A stretch of 64,000 bases of DNA from Oceaniferula sp. (GTDB lineage: Bacteria; Verrucomicrobiota; Verrucomicrobiia; Verrucomicrobiales; Akkermansiaceae), in the NCBI GenBank assembly GCA_965657565.1, contig CBFHPA010000005.1:7456-71455 (forward strand), given 5' to 3'. This document shows positions 9,923 to 19,437 of the stretch, in pieces. The position numbers were made by a program, and so were the translations under genes. Each line of letters begins with the position of its first letter. Position 1 is the stretch's first letter. The notes below the pieces were generated by a model, which was given only the letters and a program-made list of their open reading frames with translations, had not been told where the DNA came from and searched no databases.

Positions 9923-10888
9923 ATGAGCCAAATTGCTAACAATCTCGTAGAAACTGTAGGAAACACTCCACTCGTAAAATTAAACAATGTCACTAAAGGT
10001 TTGGAGGCGGAAATCTTGGTAAAGGCCGAGTTTTTCAATCCGCTCTTCAGTGTTAAAGATCGTATCGGGCGCTCGATGGTCGAGGCTGCTGAAAAAGACG
10101 GTCAACTGAAGCCAGGCGGCACGATCATTGAACCAACGTCCGGTAATACTGGTATTGCTCTCGCTTTTGTAGCTCGTGCTAAAGGTTATCGCTGTATTCT
10201 GACAATGCCCGAGACGATGTCTCTTGAGCGTCGTGTGCTCCTACGCATGCTTGGTGCAGAAATTGTTCTGACACCTGGGCCTAAGGGCATGGGTGGTGCC
10301 ATTGCCAAGGCAAAGCAGCTCATTGAGGAGGCTGGCGAAGGGGCCTTTGGTCCTAGCCAGTTTGACAACCCAGCAAATCCAGAGGCACACCGCCAAACAA
10401 CAGCGGAAGAAATCTGGTCCGCAACAGACGGTAAAATTGATGCGTTTGTCTCCGGTGTCGGCACGGGTGGAACAATTACCGGTGTAGCTGAGGTTCTTAA
10501 ACCGAGATCCAGTATGCACGTAGTGGCAGTCGAGCCCGCAGCTAGTCCTGTAATCTCTGGTGGCCAGCCCGGACCGCACAAGATTCAAGGCATTGGTGCA
10601 GGTTTCATTCCAGGTAATTTGAACGTAGATGTCATCGATGAAACAATTTGTGTGACCAATGAAGATGCTTTTGAGACTGCTCAAGCGGTGGCGCAGAGTG
10701 ATGGCTTGCCAGTGGGTATTTCTAGTGGTGCCAACATTTGGTCAGCAATACAGTTAGCAAAGCGTCCTGAGTTTAAAGGGAAACGTATCGTCACGGTTGC
10801 TTGTAGCTCTACGGAGCGCTACTTGAGCACGCCTCTTGCTGAGCACATCAGGCAAGAAGTGAGCCAACTTCCTGTTTCTGATATTTAA
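9923..10888 (+). CDS. cysK: Cysteine synthase A (O-acetylserine sulfhydrylase)
   Basis: 321 aa. [11 protein letters not shown] lysine context [29 protein letters not shown]. Confidence 0.9.
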   Translation: MSQIANNLVETVGNTPLVKLNNVTKGLEAEILVKAEFFNPLFSVKDRIGRSMVEAAEKDGQLKPGGTIIEPTSGNTGIALAFVARAKGYRCILTMPETMSLERRVLLRMLGAEIVLTPGPKGMGGAIAKAKQLIEEAGEGAFGPSQFDNPANPEAHRQTTAEEIWSATDGKIDAFVSGVGTGGTITGVAEVLKPRSSMHVVAVEPAASPVISGGQPGPHKIQGIGAGFIPGNLNVDVIDETICVTNEDAFETAQAVAQSDGLPVGISSGANIWSAIQLAKRPEFKGKRIVTVACSSTERYLSTPLAEHIRQEVSQLPVSDI

Positions 10889-10907
10889 TTCAGATAGATA
10901 CACTGAA

Positions 10908-12194
10908 TTGATGGATAAACAGGAGATTAGAGAAATTATCCTCGAGATGGGTGCGAAGGCACGCGCGGCCGCGCACGCTTTGGCGATTCTCACTGCTGAT
11001 AAGAAAAATGATATTTTACGCGCTATGGCATCAGCCTTGCGTGAGCAGGAGACCGCCATTCTGGAGGCTAATGCAAAAGATATAGCTGCTGGCGAATCGA
11101 ATGAGTTGACTGCTGCGATGCTTGATAGGCTTCGTCTCGATCACGATAGGATCGATGCGATTGCATCTGGTATCGAGGAGGTAGCAGCCCTTGCTGACCC
11201 AGTCGGTGAGGTGTTGAGTGATTGGGTGCGCCCCAATGATGTGCACTTTGAGCAAGTGCGTGTTCCTATTGGTGTCATCGGTATTATATATGAAAGTCGG
11301 CCTAATGTGACGAGTGATGCAGCCGTGCTTTGTCTGAAGTCAGGCAATGCAACGATCTTGCGGGGTGGATCTGAAGCGATACATTCTAACAAGGCGATTG
11401 CTGCGGCTCTTCAATCTGGAGGTGAGAAAGCTGGTTTGCCAGCTAATGCAATCCAGTTAATTCCATTCACAGATCGAGAGAGCGTCAGCGTGATGGCATC
11501 AATGGATCAGTGGCTCGATGTCATTATTCCGAGAGGGGGCAAGGGACTCATTGAGACGGTCGTCTCTCTGGCTCGTATGCCGGTGATCAAACATTACGAT
11601 GGTATTTGTCATACTTATATCGACAAGGATGCGGATTTAAAGATGGCGGTTGCGATCGCCGATGATGCAAAGACTCATAAGCCTGGTGTTTGTAATGCTT
11701 TAGAAACGTTGCTTGTGCACAAGGATTTAGCTGCCGAATTTCTGCCTCAAATAGCGGATGTTTATCAACAAAAGGGGGTGGAGATGCGTGGAGATGCTGT
11801 GGTCCTCGAGGTGCTCGGAGATCGTGTTGTAGCTGCTAGTGATGAGGACTGGGATACTGAGTATCTTGACCTAATCATTGCTATTAAGGTGGTGGATTCA
11901 ATGGCTGATGCGGTTCATCACATCAATACGCATAGCTCACGGCATAGTGATTGTATTGTGACGGCAGATCAATCTCGCGCAAAGCAGTTCATGACCCAAG
12001 TAGATAGCGCCTGCGTTTTCCACAATGTTTCCACTCGTTTCAGTGATGGTGGAGAATTTGGCTTTGGCGCCGAAATTGGTATTTCAACAGATAAGTTGCA
12101 TGCACGCGGGCCAATGGCTCTTCGAGAGCTTACATCTTATCAATATCGAATCCGGGGTGATGGACAGATTCGAGCAAAGCATGCCACAACTTAA
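10908..12194 (+). CDS. proA: Gamma-glutamyl phosphate reductase
   Basis: 428 aa. IGIIYESRPNVT, catalytic CNALETLLVH, and HSDCIVT motifs. Confidence 0.9.
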   Translation: MMDKQEIREIILEMGAKARAAAHALAILTADKKNDILRAMASALREQETAILEANAKDIAAGESNELTAAMLDRLRLDHDRIDAIASGIEEVAALADPVGEVLSDWVRPNDVHFEQVRVPIGVIGIIYESRPNVTSDAAVLCLKSGNATILRGGSEAIHSNKAIAAALQSGGEKAGLPANAIQLIPFTDRESVSVMASMDQWLDVIIPRGGKGLIETVVSLARMPVIKHYDGICHTYIDKDADLKMAVAIADDAKTHKPGVCNALETLLVHKDLAAEFLPQIADVYQQKGVEMRGDAVVLEVLGDRVVAASDEDWDTEYLDLIIAIKVVDSMADAVHHINTHSSRHSDCIVTADQSRAKQFMTQVDSACVFHNVSTRFSDGGEFGFGAEIGISTDKLHARGPMALRELTSYQYRIRGDGQIRAKHATT

Positions 12195-12248
12195 CTCTGC
12201 AGTGGCGTGTGATGAATGATGTTTGCCTTAGGTGAAATCTAACGCAAG

Positions 12249-13103
12249 CTAGTCGGGAAACACAATCGCTCGGTTTTGGTGAATGATGGTTCGATCATTT
12301 ACGTGCAAGCGTATGCCACGTGCCAGAGCATCTCTCTCGCAGTCACGACCAAGGCGCATTAGGTCTTTTGGTTTGTGGAAATGTTGCACGCGTTTGACTT
12401 CTTGCTCAATGATGGGGCCGCCATCAAGCTCTGTTGTTACGTAGTGACATGTGGCTCCGATGAGTTTGACACCACGCTCGTATGCTTGTCGGTATGGATT
12501 TGCTCCTATGAATGCTGGCAGAAAAGAGTGGTGAATGTTGATGATTTTACCGCTGTATTCATCGCAAAACCAGGTGGGTAATATCTGCATGAAACGAGCA
12601 AGAACGGTGAGTTCAACATCTTCATCATGCAGGATGTTTTTGATTTGTTGGAAGCCTGACTCTTTGTTGTCTCCATCAAGATTAATTTGATGAAAGGGGA
12701 TGCCTGCCTGTTCGGCGATTTTTTGACAGTTGTCTCGGTTGCCAATGATGGAGGTGATTTCGATGGGCATTTCACCAAGCTTGGTTCTCCACAAGATTTC
12801 ATTCAGGCAGTGGTCTGTTTTAGTCACCAAGACGGCAGTACGCATTTTGTAGGGTAACTCACGAAAGTGCCATGAGGCAGATAGTGATTTGCCAAGGGTG
12901 TTGAAGCCGGAAATGAAATCTTCCAGGCTTACTTTGAGGTTCTTAGTGTCAATCTCTACACGTGCGAAAAACTTGTTTTGTTCGTCATCAGTGAATTGTG
13001 AGAATTCGCACAAGTTTGCTTCATAATCTGCTACGTACGATGCGATTTTGGCTACGATACCGTGCTGGTCAGGGCAGTCGATTTTTAAAATGAGTCCTTG
13101 CAT
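12249..13103 (-). CDS. purU: Formyltetrahydrofolate deformylase
   Basis: 284 aa. N-terminal ACT domain (CPDQHGIVAKIASYV) plus formyltransferase core IINIHHSFLPAFIGANPY. Confidence 0.9.
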   Translation of the reverse strand: MQGLILKIDCPDQHGIVAKIASYVADYEANLCEFSQFTDDEQNKFFARVEIDTKNLKVSLEDFISGFNTLGKSLSASWHFRELPYKMRTAVLVTKTDHCLNEILWRTKLGEMPIEITSIIGNRDNCQKIAEQAGIPFHQINLDGDNKESGFQQIKNILHDEDVELTVLARFMQILPTWFCDEYSGKIINIHHSFLPAFIGANPYRQAYERGVKLIGATCHYVTTELDGGPIIEQEVKRVQHFHKPKDLMRLGRDCERDALARGIRLHVNDRTIIHQNRAIVFPD

Positions 13104-13182
13104 GTCGGGTGGTGTGATCTGAGTGAATATTAGTGTTACAAATGCAGTGTTTAATGCGAGCGGAAAGAATAGGTGAAGGCGA

Positions 13183-13965
13183 TTACCATCGGCCCATAAC
13201 TGCAGAAAAGGTGAGGATCGATGGTTCTCCTTTTTTGAGCAGAGAACGACCGATGGTGGCAGAGGGAAGCTTGGCTGCTAAAAATGGGCTATTAGTAAAC
13301 TTGCTAGTATTGGTTTGAATCATTCCTTCGTGGATATGGCCTCCGTAAGGGTCGATGTATTTTATTTTAAAAGCGGTGGAGTTGTTTTGTATGGTGGTGG
13401 TTGTCTCTATAATGACGATGAAGTGTGCGCTAATGGGCCACCATGATTTAGTTTTAAGCTCCTTGCTGTCACGATAGGCGTATCGCCTGATGCACAGTAT
13501 AGGAGGTAGGCCTTTCTTGAGTGATTTAACAATTCGTTTGTGGCTACGATGCAAAAGTTCATTAGGTAGTTCATTTTGTTCGCGTGCCAATACCTCATAT
13601 TTTATTTTAGGTAGCCAGTGATAGTCGCACATTTCGTTGGCAATATCATGAAGGTCGACGAGGTTTATTCCTTGTTGATTCCAACGTTTTACACCTTGGA
13701 TATGTCTCGAGGGTTTGAGGCCCCATCTGGAAATAACATAGTTGATGCGTGTTTTGCTGTCGTCTCCTGGCACAGCGTTGAAAGCTCTTTGCCATTTCTT
13801 GGAGCCATAGTGAAAGGCGTTTAATAATGAGGCAGGGCCACATGCATTGCCGTGAGCTCTGCGTTGGTTAGTCGGAGATGCGTTCTCATTGTAGGCTCTA
13901 ATTTGCTCACCCGAGAGTGTCGAGTGCGCAGCAAACAAAAGAATAATGGAGGCCCAGAAGTTCAT
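13183..13965 (-). CDS. Secreted papain-fold (C39-like) cysteine peptidase, putative
   Basis: Start placed at MNFWASIILLFAAHSTLSGE (signal peptide). The longer ORF would overlap the Rrf2 gene. Cys motif HGNACGPASLLNAFHYG, later His motif SAHFIVII followed by YIDPYGG, in the order expected for clan CA/C39-like peptidases. Confidence 0.45.
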   Translation of the reverse strand: MNFWASIILLFAAHSTLSGEQIRAYNENASPTNQRRAHGNACGPASLLNAFHYGSKKWQRAFNAVPGDDSKTRINYVISRWGLKPSRHIQGVKRWNQQGINLVDLHDIANEMCDYHWLPKIKYEVLAREQNELPNELLHRSHKRIVKSLKKGLPPILCIRRYAYRDSKELKTKSWWPISAHFIVIIETTTTIQNNSTAFKIKYIDPYGGHIHEGMIQTNTSKFTNSPFLAAKLPSATIGRSLLKKGEPSILTFSAVMGRW

Positions 13966-13991
13966 CAATCTAGTCAAGCATTGGTAAGTGC

Positions 13992-14399
13992 TTAAATATA
14001 AAACATGGGTGTTTGTGTGCCAAGTGAGTCTAAGGTGATAGAACTGAGTTCTTTGCAAAGTGAGTCGTGGACTTGATTCCATGCATCGTGGATAGCTCTG
14101 CCTGACTCACCTTCACCAGCTACATGATTGCTCAGCATGCCAGGATCGGCAGCTTTGGTGATGTCCAAGAGGTTGATTTCCCTTGGGTCGCGAGCTAGTA
14201 GATAGCCTCCTGTTTTACCCCTCTTGCTAATAATAAGATCACCGCGCTTGAGATCGTTGAGGATTTGGACTAGAAAGTTAGCAGAAACTGCTTCACGCTG
14301 GGCGATATCGTCTAGCTGTGTCAAAGTTTGCCCATCATGATGCTGTGCAAGTTGAACCATAGCACGACAGGCATACTCAAGTTTCTGTGAAATACGCAT
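13992..14399 (-). CDS. Rrf2-family transcriptional regulator (CymR/IscR-like)
   Basis: MRISQKLEYACRAMVQLAQH...ISKRGKTGGYLLAR winged-helix signature. Start placed at the ATG at 14399. The hydrophobic 20-aa upstream extension is rejected. Confidence 0.8.
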   Translation of the reverse strand: MRISQKLEYACRAMVQLAQHHDGQTLTQLDDIAQREAVSANFLVQILNDLKRGDLIISKRGKTGGYLLARDPREINLLDITKAADPGMLSNHVAGEGESGRAIHDAWNQVHDSLCKELSSITLDSLGTQTPMFYI

Positions 14400-14406
14400 A
14401 AAGAGA

Positions 14407-15270
14407 ATGGAACATAAAAAAGAAAACAATACCAGCGTCAAGCCAGTGAACCTTTGCAATGGATCATTGCTAAGAAATGTTGATCTTGAGCGTATTTGGA
14501 ATGCGATACGTGATGCTGCTATTCTTATGTCGGAAAATGAGTCTCACCTTACACGCATGCTGGATGACGTGGTGATTAGTCGTGCTAATCTTGCTGAAAG
14601 CCTCGCTGTTCGCTTAGCTCGGAGAATGGCGCGTGAGGATATGCAGCGTTCGGAGCTCCAGCCTTTGCTAGAAGATGTGCTGAAATCGAATGAGCGAATA
14701 TTACTGGCTGTTGCTGGCGATATGAGAGCGATTGTAGACCGTGATCCTGCGTGCAGCTCCGCACTTGAGCCGTTGCTGTTTTATAAAGGGTTTTTGGCGA
14801 TTTCGGCATATCGAGTTGCTCACAGCCTTTGGTTGGATGGTCGCCATTCGTTGGCGCTTTATTTTCAAAGTATCGTTAGTGAGACATTCGCTGTTGATAT
14901 ACATCCTGCAGCTCAAATTGGTTGTGGTATTTTATTAGACCACGCCACCAGTATTGTTATTGGAGAGACTTCAATTGTTGAAGACAATGTATCTATTCTC
15001 CATGAGGTTACTCTCGGAGGTACTGGTAAGATGACAGGTGATCGTCACCCAATAGTAAGGTCCGGTGTCCTGATTGGTGCGGGTGCTAAAATATTAGGCC
15101 GTGTAGAGATAGGTGAGTGTGCCAAAATTGGTGCAGGCAGTGTGGTGCTCAATGATGTGGCGCCTCATAAAACGGTTGCGGGTGTTCCTGCTGTTCTTAT
15201 GGGGCAGAGCACAGAAGGTAGCCCTGCTCTAGATATGGATCAACAGCTCTATGAGGGCAACGCGATTTGA
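14407..15270 (+). CDS. cysE: Serine O-acetyltransferase
   Basis: 287 aa. SATase N-terminal helices (IWNAIRDAA...) and hexapeptide repeats (DIHPAAQIGCGILLDHATSIVIGETS...GDRHP). Confidence 0.85.
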   Translation: MEHKKENNTSVKPVNLCNGSLLRNVDLERIWNAIRDAAILMSENESHLTRMLDDVVISRANLAESLAVRLARRMAREDMQRSELQPLLEDVLKSNERILLAVAGDMRAIVDRDPACSSALEPLLFYKGFLAISAYRVAHSLWLDGRHSLALYFQSIVSETFAVDIHPAAQIGCGILLDHATSIVIGETSIVEDNVSILHEVTLGGTGKMTGDRHPIVRSGVLIGAGAKILGRVEIGECAKIGAGSVVLNDVAPHKTVAGVPAVLMGQSTEGSPALDMDQQLYEGNAI

Positions 15271-15280
15271 GTGACGCTGG

Positions 15281-15502
15281 TCAATTAGCCTGCGTGACTG
15301 CTACGATGCGGCCTTTGCTGAAATCATAGGGGGTCAACTCCAATTGGACTTTGCACTCGGGAATAATGTCCTGATGTAGTGCGACCATGGCTTTGGCAAC
15401 ATGGCCGACGATGATTTTTCCATTGGGTAACTCGACTCGGTAAATATTTTCTTTAGGCGAATCAATAACAGTTCCGCTTGTCTTGATGGGTGGGTCAAAC
15501 AT
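15281..15502 (-). CDS. infA: Translation initiation factor IF-1-like S1/OB-fold protein (divergent)
   Basis: 73 aa from MFDPPIKTSGTVIDS. GTV...YRVELPNGK...KVQLELTPYDFSKGRIV aligns over its whole length with E. coli IF1 (GTVLE..FRVELENGH..KVTVELTPYDLSKGRIV). The upstream extension in the ORF track would overlap the neighbouring gene. Confidence 0.6.
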   Translation of the reverse strand: MFDPPIKTSGTVIDSPKENIYRVELPNGKIIVGHVAKAMVALHQDIIPECKVQLELTPYDFSKGRIVAVTQAN

Positions 15503-15530
15503 GATGAGTTGCGTGATTGTGTGGGCGGGT

Positions 15531-16607
15531 TTAACCGATGTCTTTCCATTTAACAAGTGAAGCGATAGGCGCAATGCCATCGTGGTGCCAAAATAGGCTA
15601 GGTTGCTGACTCTTGCCCAAGGGACAAATTCTATGTGCAGATAGATTTTCTAGTGATGTCGCTTCTGCTTTGTCGAAGGGATGGATAGCAATGGTTGATA
15701 AATAAGCTGATTGGGTGCCGAGTATATCGTTGTCTAATCTGGGCGGTAGCGGCTTAACGTAAACACAACGGTTGAGGCAGGAGAGTTGGAGTGTGGGTTC
15801 ATCTTGGTGGATGACTGTCCAGTTTAAGGTGTCTTTGCTCTCCCAGAGTTGAGTGGAAGAATCATTGGAGGCACAAAAGCGAGTCGTCTCTCTTAGGATT
15901 CTGATCGCCCCAGCCTCGGAGGTAGAGATCGGACTAGGCGGGTTGTTGACGCAGAATTTTTCCATTTCCATGGCTAGTAATTCAGCAAAGTGTTTGGAGT
16001 CTCCACGAGAGTATATGGCGTGTATCGATAAGCAGCCTTGTTGGTTGTGGAGGGAAACGTCGCGAGCAGCTAGCTGGGCGGCATTTTCATAGTCATCGTA
16101 GGCAATAGCAATGGATACTTTATGGCCGTGAGGGATGAATTGCTGATCTGGTTTTGTCTTCTGGTGGATAGCTGCAATAGATTCATCTGATCCAATAGCG
16201 ATGACTACATCAGCTTTGAGCCAATCTTTATCCTCTAATGTGTTATGTGTTTCAATAAGCTCTCTGAGCGGTTTTGGAAAGTGTTCGAGGGCGTCGGTGA
16301 ATGGATGCAATCCTGTTGCAGGGATTTTGACGATGTTGTGCGATCCTATGAGTAGTCCTCTGATAATGCTTTGGAAGGCTGCATGAGGTGTGTTCCCGCT
16401 GACGATGTGCAGGATGCATTTAGGGGCTATGGCTTTGCTGTGGAGCGGTCCATGAGGAAGAAATTTGTCCAGGGCAAGGGCGCTTCCAAGTTCACTGCTG
16501 AGCCATGCATTAAGATCATCGCTGGTAATGCAGCCAGTCCATCGTTGCACTTCTTGATGTGAGCATGCTTCAGTAAGTAGTTGAATGCGTTCTGGTGTAG
16601 AAATCAT
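15531..16607 (-). CDS. LuxC-like acyl-CoA reductase (ALDH-superfamily fold)
   Basis: 358 aa. LHIVSGNTPHAAFQSIIRGLL and catalytic-Cys context HNQQGCLSIHAIY. The start overlaps the upstream gene's stop (ATGA at 16604-16607). Confidence 0.6.
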   Translation of the reverse strand: MISTPERIQLLTEACSHQEVQRWTGCITSDDLNAWLSSELGSALALDKFLPHGPLHSKAIAPKCILHIVSGNTPHAAFQSIIRGLLIGSHNIVKIPATGLHPFTDALEHFPKPLRELIETHNTLEDKDWLKADVVIAIGSDESIAAIHQKTKPDQQFIPHGHKVSIAIAYDDYENAAQLAARDVSLHNQQGCLSIHAIYSRGDSKHFAELLAMEMEKFCVNNPPSPISTSEAGAIRILRETTRFCASNDSSTQLWESKDTLNWTVIHQDEPTLQLSCLNRCVYVKPLPPRLDNDILGTQSAYLSTIAIHPFDKAEATSLENLSAHRICPLGKSQQPSLFWHHDGIAPIASLVKWKDIG

Positions 16608-17677
16608 AAGCTTAAAGATTCGTCACTAGACCGTGAGCATCCTCTTGGAAGGGCGCTAGGGTCACGGCCAATTAAGTTGAATGAGGTATTCTTTTGTTCA
16701 AGATTTGTTTGGCATTGTATGGCAAGATCTTGGGTGCGGATGGCCATTGCTGAATCGACATTGGCAAGATCGTAAATCACGAGGTGTCCAAGCTCTCCTG
16801 GTTTGGCGTCTGTGTTGGTCAGCGGATCAATAATGCGTGTCCGAGTCCAGCTAGGACCCTGATGCGGGCGATCTAGCCCTGGGCTGTAAAATTGGCTGCT
16901 GAGCTCGGTCATTGAGTATTCGTTGATGATCGAGTCAGAATCTAGACCCAGTTTGGTTTTAAATAATTGGTGTAGGTCGCCTTTAGTGAGTTGGTGTTTT
17001 GTTCCTTTGTAGCCACCTGTTTCCATTGCCCAGCTGCCAGTTGGAAGCCTGAGGGGTGATTCCATTGAGTCAAAGAGGTGGAGGAATGATAGTGCGGTGC
17101 CAAACAATGCAACTGCCTGTTGATCTTTAATGGCACTGATGAGGCTGTTGTAATCGATGGATCCTGATTGATGGAGTAACCATGTGGATTGCGTGGCAAG
17201 TTGGTCTGATATGACTCCCATCATATGTGATAACGATGATTGGGGCGATTGCTCGGGGTGGGCTATCAAAAAAACAGAGCGCCTAGCGTCGGGCAGGTTG
17301 AGCTCATGCCAGGCGCTGACGATTGAATGATCATAGAGTTTGGTAGAGCGGAAATAGTGCATGCCTCTGGCCTCCGTCGTTGTCCCAGAAGTAAGGAAGG
17401 TTGTTTTAGCCTGTTCCATTGGAAAGGTAACCAGCGGAAATGGCTCAATTTTGAAGGCTTCTGTGGGTAGCGCTGGGATGTCATGCCAGTGATTAGTTCG
17501 GTCTGGGCTTATTTCCAGGGCTAGGCAGAAATTCTGATAAGCTCTGTTTTTCTGATATTGATGTTCAAAAATCTGCAGGGCTAATGAATTAAAATCGTCG
17601 TCGAGTATGGGGTTGCCGCTGAGGGCTAGCCCAATACGGTCTGATACCAGAGTGGAAATGGAGGTGTTGGAGCTCAC
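16604..17677 (-). CDS. LuxE/PaaK-like acyl-protein synthetase (adenylate-forming enzyme)
   Basis: 357 aa. FLTSGTTTEARGMHYF (a variant of the AMP-binding TSGTTG motif) and METGGYKG. Confidence 0.6.
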   Translation of the reverse strand: MSSNTSISTLVSDRIGLALSGNPILDDDFNSLALQIFEHQYQKNRAYQNFCLALEISPDRTNHWHDIPALPTEAFKIEPFPLVTFPMEQAKTTFLTSGTTTEARGMHYFRSTKLYDHSIVSAWHELNLPDARRSVFLIAHPEQSPQSSLSHMMGVISDQLATQSTWLLHQSGSIDYNSLISAIKDQQAVALFGTALSFLHLFDSMESPLRLPTGSWAMETGGYKGTKHQLTKGDLHQLFKTKLGLDSDSIINEYSMTELSSQFYSPGLDRPHQGPSWTRTRIIDPLTNTDAKPGELGHLVIYDLANVDSAMAIRTQDLAIQCQTNLEQKNTSFNLIGRDPSALPRGCSRSSDESLSL

Positions 17678-17934
17678 GGGGTAATGATAGATGGAATGAT
17701 CCTCTTGAGAATATGATTCTAATCAAGTGTTGTTTAGCAAACTGTCGTGCTATTATAGATTTTTTTGGCTTTCTAGGCGTCTTGATATACTGAGATTCGG
17801 TTATGATATAGCTAGGACTTGACTTGCAATGGTGTGAGGTTACAAACTCATCACGTTATTGGCAACTCGATGGGTATTCGTTAAAAGCTGTCCGAGATTG
17901 TCATCCCAATTAACAAGTTAACTATCTAGATATA

Positions 17935-18387
17935 ATGGATTTATCAAAGAGCATACTCTTGCCGCTGGCTGTCATTTTCCTTCTTGGAGCATGTTACCCT
18001 TACCCTTCAAACTATGGTAATCGCGAAGCCAAACCTAGCCGCCTTGAGGTTGAGCAGACCATAACCAGTGAAGAGCAGAGGCGTATCGAAGAAAACCGTC
18101 AATTACTCGAGCAACAAGCAGCCAATGGTGGTGTCAACGGCGTGACCAACCAGTATGGAAACCAACCGGCTGAAGGTGGTCAGTGGACTGAGCCTAATGC
18201 AAATAACTCAGCTACAGTGCCAACAACGAAGTCAAAATATCCAACAGCAACTGCTGTTCCCGGAAAACCTGGATTCGTATTCAATCCATATACTCACAAT
18301 ATTGTTGATGTTAAAGGGATTGGCTCAGGTCGCTTGTGTCGTGATCCAGAAGATCCTGATCCAAATCACAAATTTAGGGTGCCATAA
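17935..18387 (+). CDS. Hypothetical lipoprotein
   Basis: 150 aa. Lipobox AVIFLLGAC and a low-complexity Q/N/E-rich middle. Preceded by a 257-bp intergenic region. Confidence 0.55.
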   Translation: MDLSKSILLPLAVIFLLGACYPYPSNYGNREAKPSRLEVEQTITSEEQRRIEENRQLLEQQAANGGVNGVTNQYGNQPAEGGQWTEPNANNSATVPTTKSKYPTATAVPGKPGFVFNPYTHNIVDVKGIGSGRLCRDPEDPDPNHKFRVP

Positions 18388-18513
18388 GGTAATTCTTACA
18401 TGGCCTTATGCTTATGTTGATCGCCCGTCTGCTTGATTGTAATCTTGCAGTATCACTAATTTCGTAGCCTCGGTTCTTGCTTTTAAGCTGGCATCTGCCA
18501 GTCATAGATCCGT

Positions 18514-19353
18514 ATGAAACGTATTGCCGTATTAGGAAGTGGACTGCTCGGGGGCTCGATTGCTCTTGCTGTTCAGTCTCGTCTCCCATCGGCTACAGTC
18601 GCGTTGTGGGGTAGGCGTGAGCGGGGTGTCTCAGATGCTGTGTGCCGCGGTGTGAAGCATGCCAGCACAGACCTTAGGGCGGTAGTCGAGGATGCTGAAG
18701 TCATTGTCCTAGCCTCACCTGTCGGCGCGATGCTGGAAATCTTAGAAGCATGTGCGGCCTGCTGCAGCCTTGAGGGGGTCTTGGTCACGGATGTCGGGAG
18801 TGTCAAAATGACTCCGCGAGATCTTTTGGGCCCCACTGTTGCACGGCTAGGAGCCAAATATATAGGAAGCCACCCTATGGCTGGATCGGAGCAGGCAGGC
18901 GTTTCCTCAGCTCGAGAAGATCTTTTTGATGGAGCTGCTTGCATTATAACTAACGATTTTAAGCATCCGGAAGAAGATGTCTCAGCGATTCGCTCGCTCT
19001 GGCAGGGGATTGGGTGCCAGTGCTATGCGACTTCGTCAGAGGATCACGATCGAGTGATGGCTCGCATCAGTCATATGCCTCATATCTTGGCATCTGTGGG
19101 TGCACTTGTTGGGCTTAATGACCCAAAACAAGGGAAGTTCGCTGGGAATGGTATGCGTGATACGACGCGTGTCGCCTCTGGGCACCCGGAAATGTGGGCT
19201 GAGATTCTGATGAGAAACAAGGAGGCGCTGCGAGAGCCGGTAGAGGAAGCTATTACGTATTTGCGTGAAATGCTTGCTTTGCTTGATGATTCAAGCGATG
19301 AAGCGTTAGCTGAGTTGTTGGCCAAGGCTAAAGATCTCAGAGACAAGCTTTGA
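18514..19353 (+). CDS. tyrA: Prephenate/arogenate dehydrogenase
   Basis: 279 aa. Rossmann motif IAVLGSGLLGGSIA, GSHPMAG, and SHMPHILA. Confidence 0.85.
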   Translation: MKRIAVLGSGLLGGSIALAVQSRLPSATVALWGRRERGVSDAVCRGVKHASTDLRAVVEDAEVIVLASPVGAMLEILEACAACCSLEGVLVTDVGSVKMTPRDLLGPTVARLGAKYIGSHPMAGSEQAGVSSAREDLFDGAACIITNDFKHPEEDVSAIRSLWQGIGCQCYATSSEDHDRVMARISHMPHILASVGALVGLNDPKQGKFAGNGMRDTTRVASGHPEMWAEILMRNKEALREPVEEAITYLREMLALLDDSSDEALAELLAKAKDLRDKL

Positions 19354-19437
19354 GCTATTTAGCGCCATTCACATTGCGCTGCTCAGGTAAGTATTTAACT
19401 AACAACTTTCATCAGTACACCTATATTTTACCGAGAT

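Noticed and set aside
10186-10684. 131-aa and 147-aa minus-strand ORFs inside cysK, and similar antisense ORFs inside murA, aroA, guaB, ffh and others
   Set aside because: They are fully nested antisense to genes with strong family signatures and carry no motifs of their own. They are typical spurious ORFs of moderately GC-rich coding DNA.
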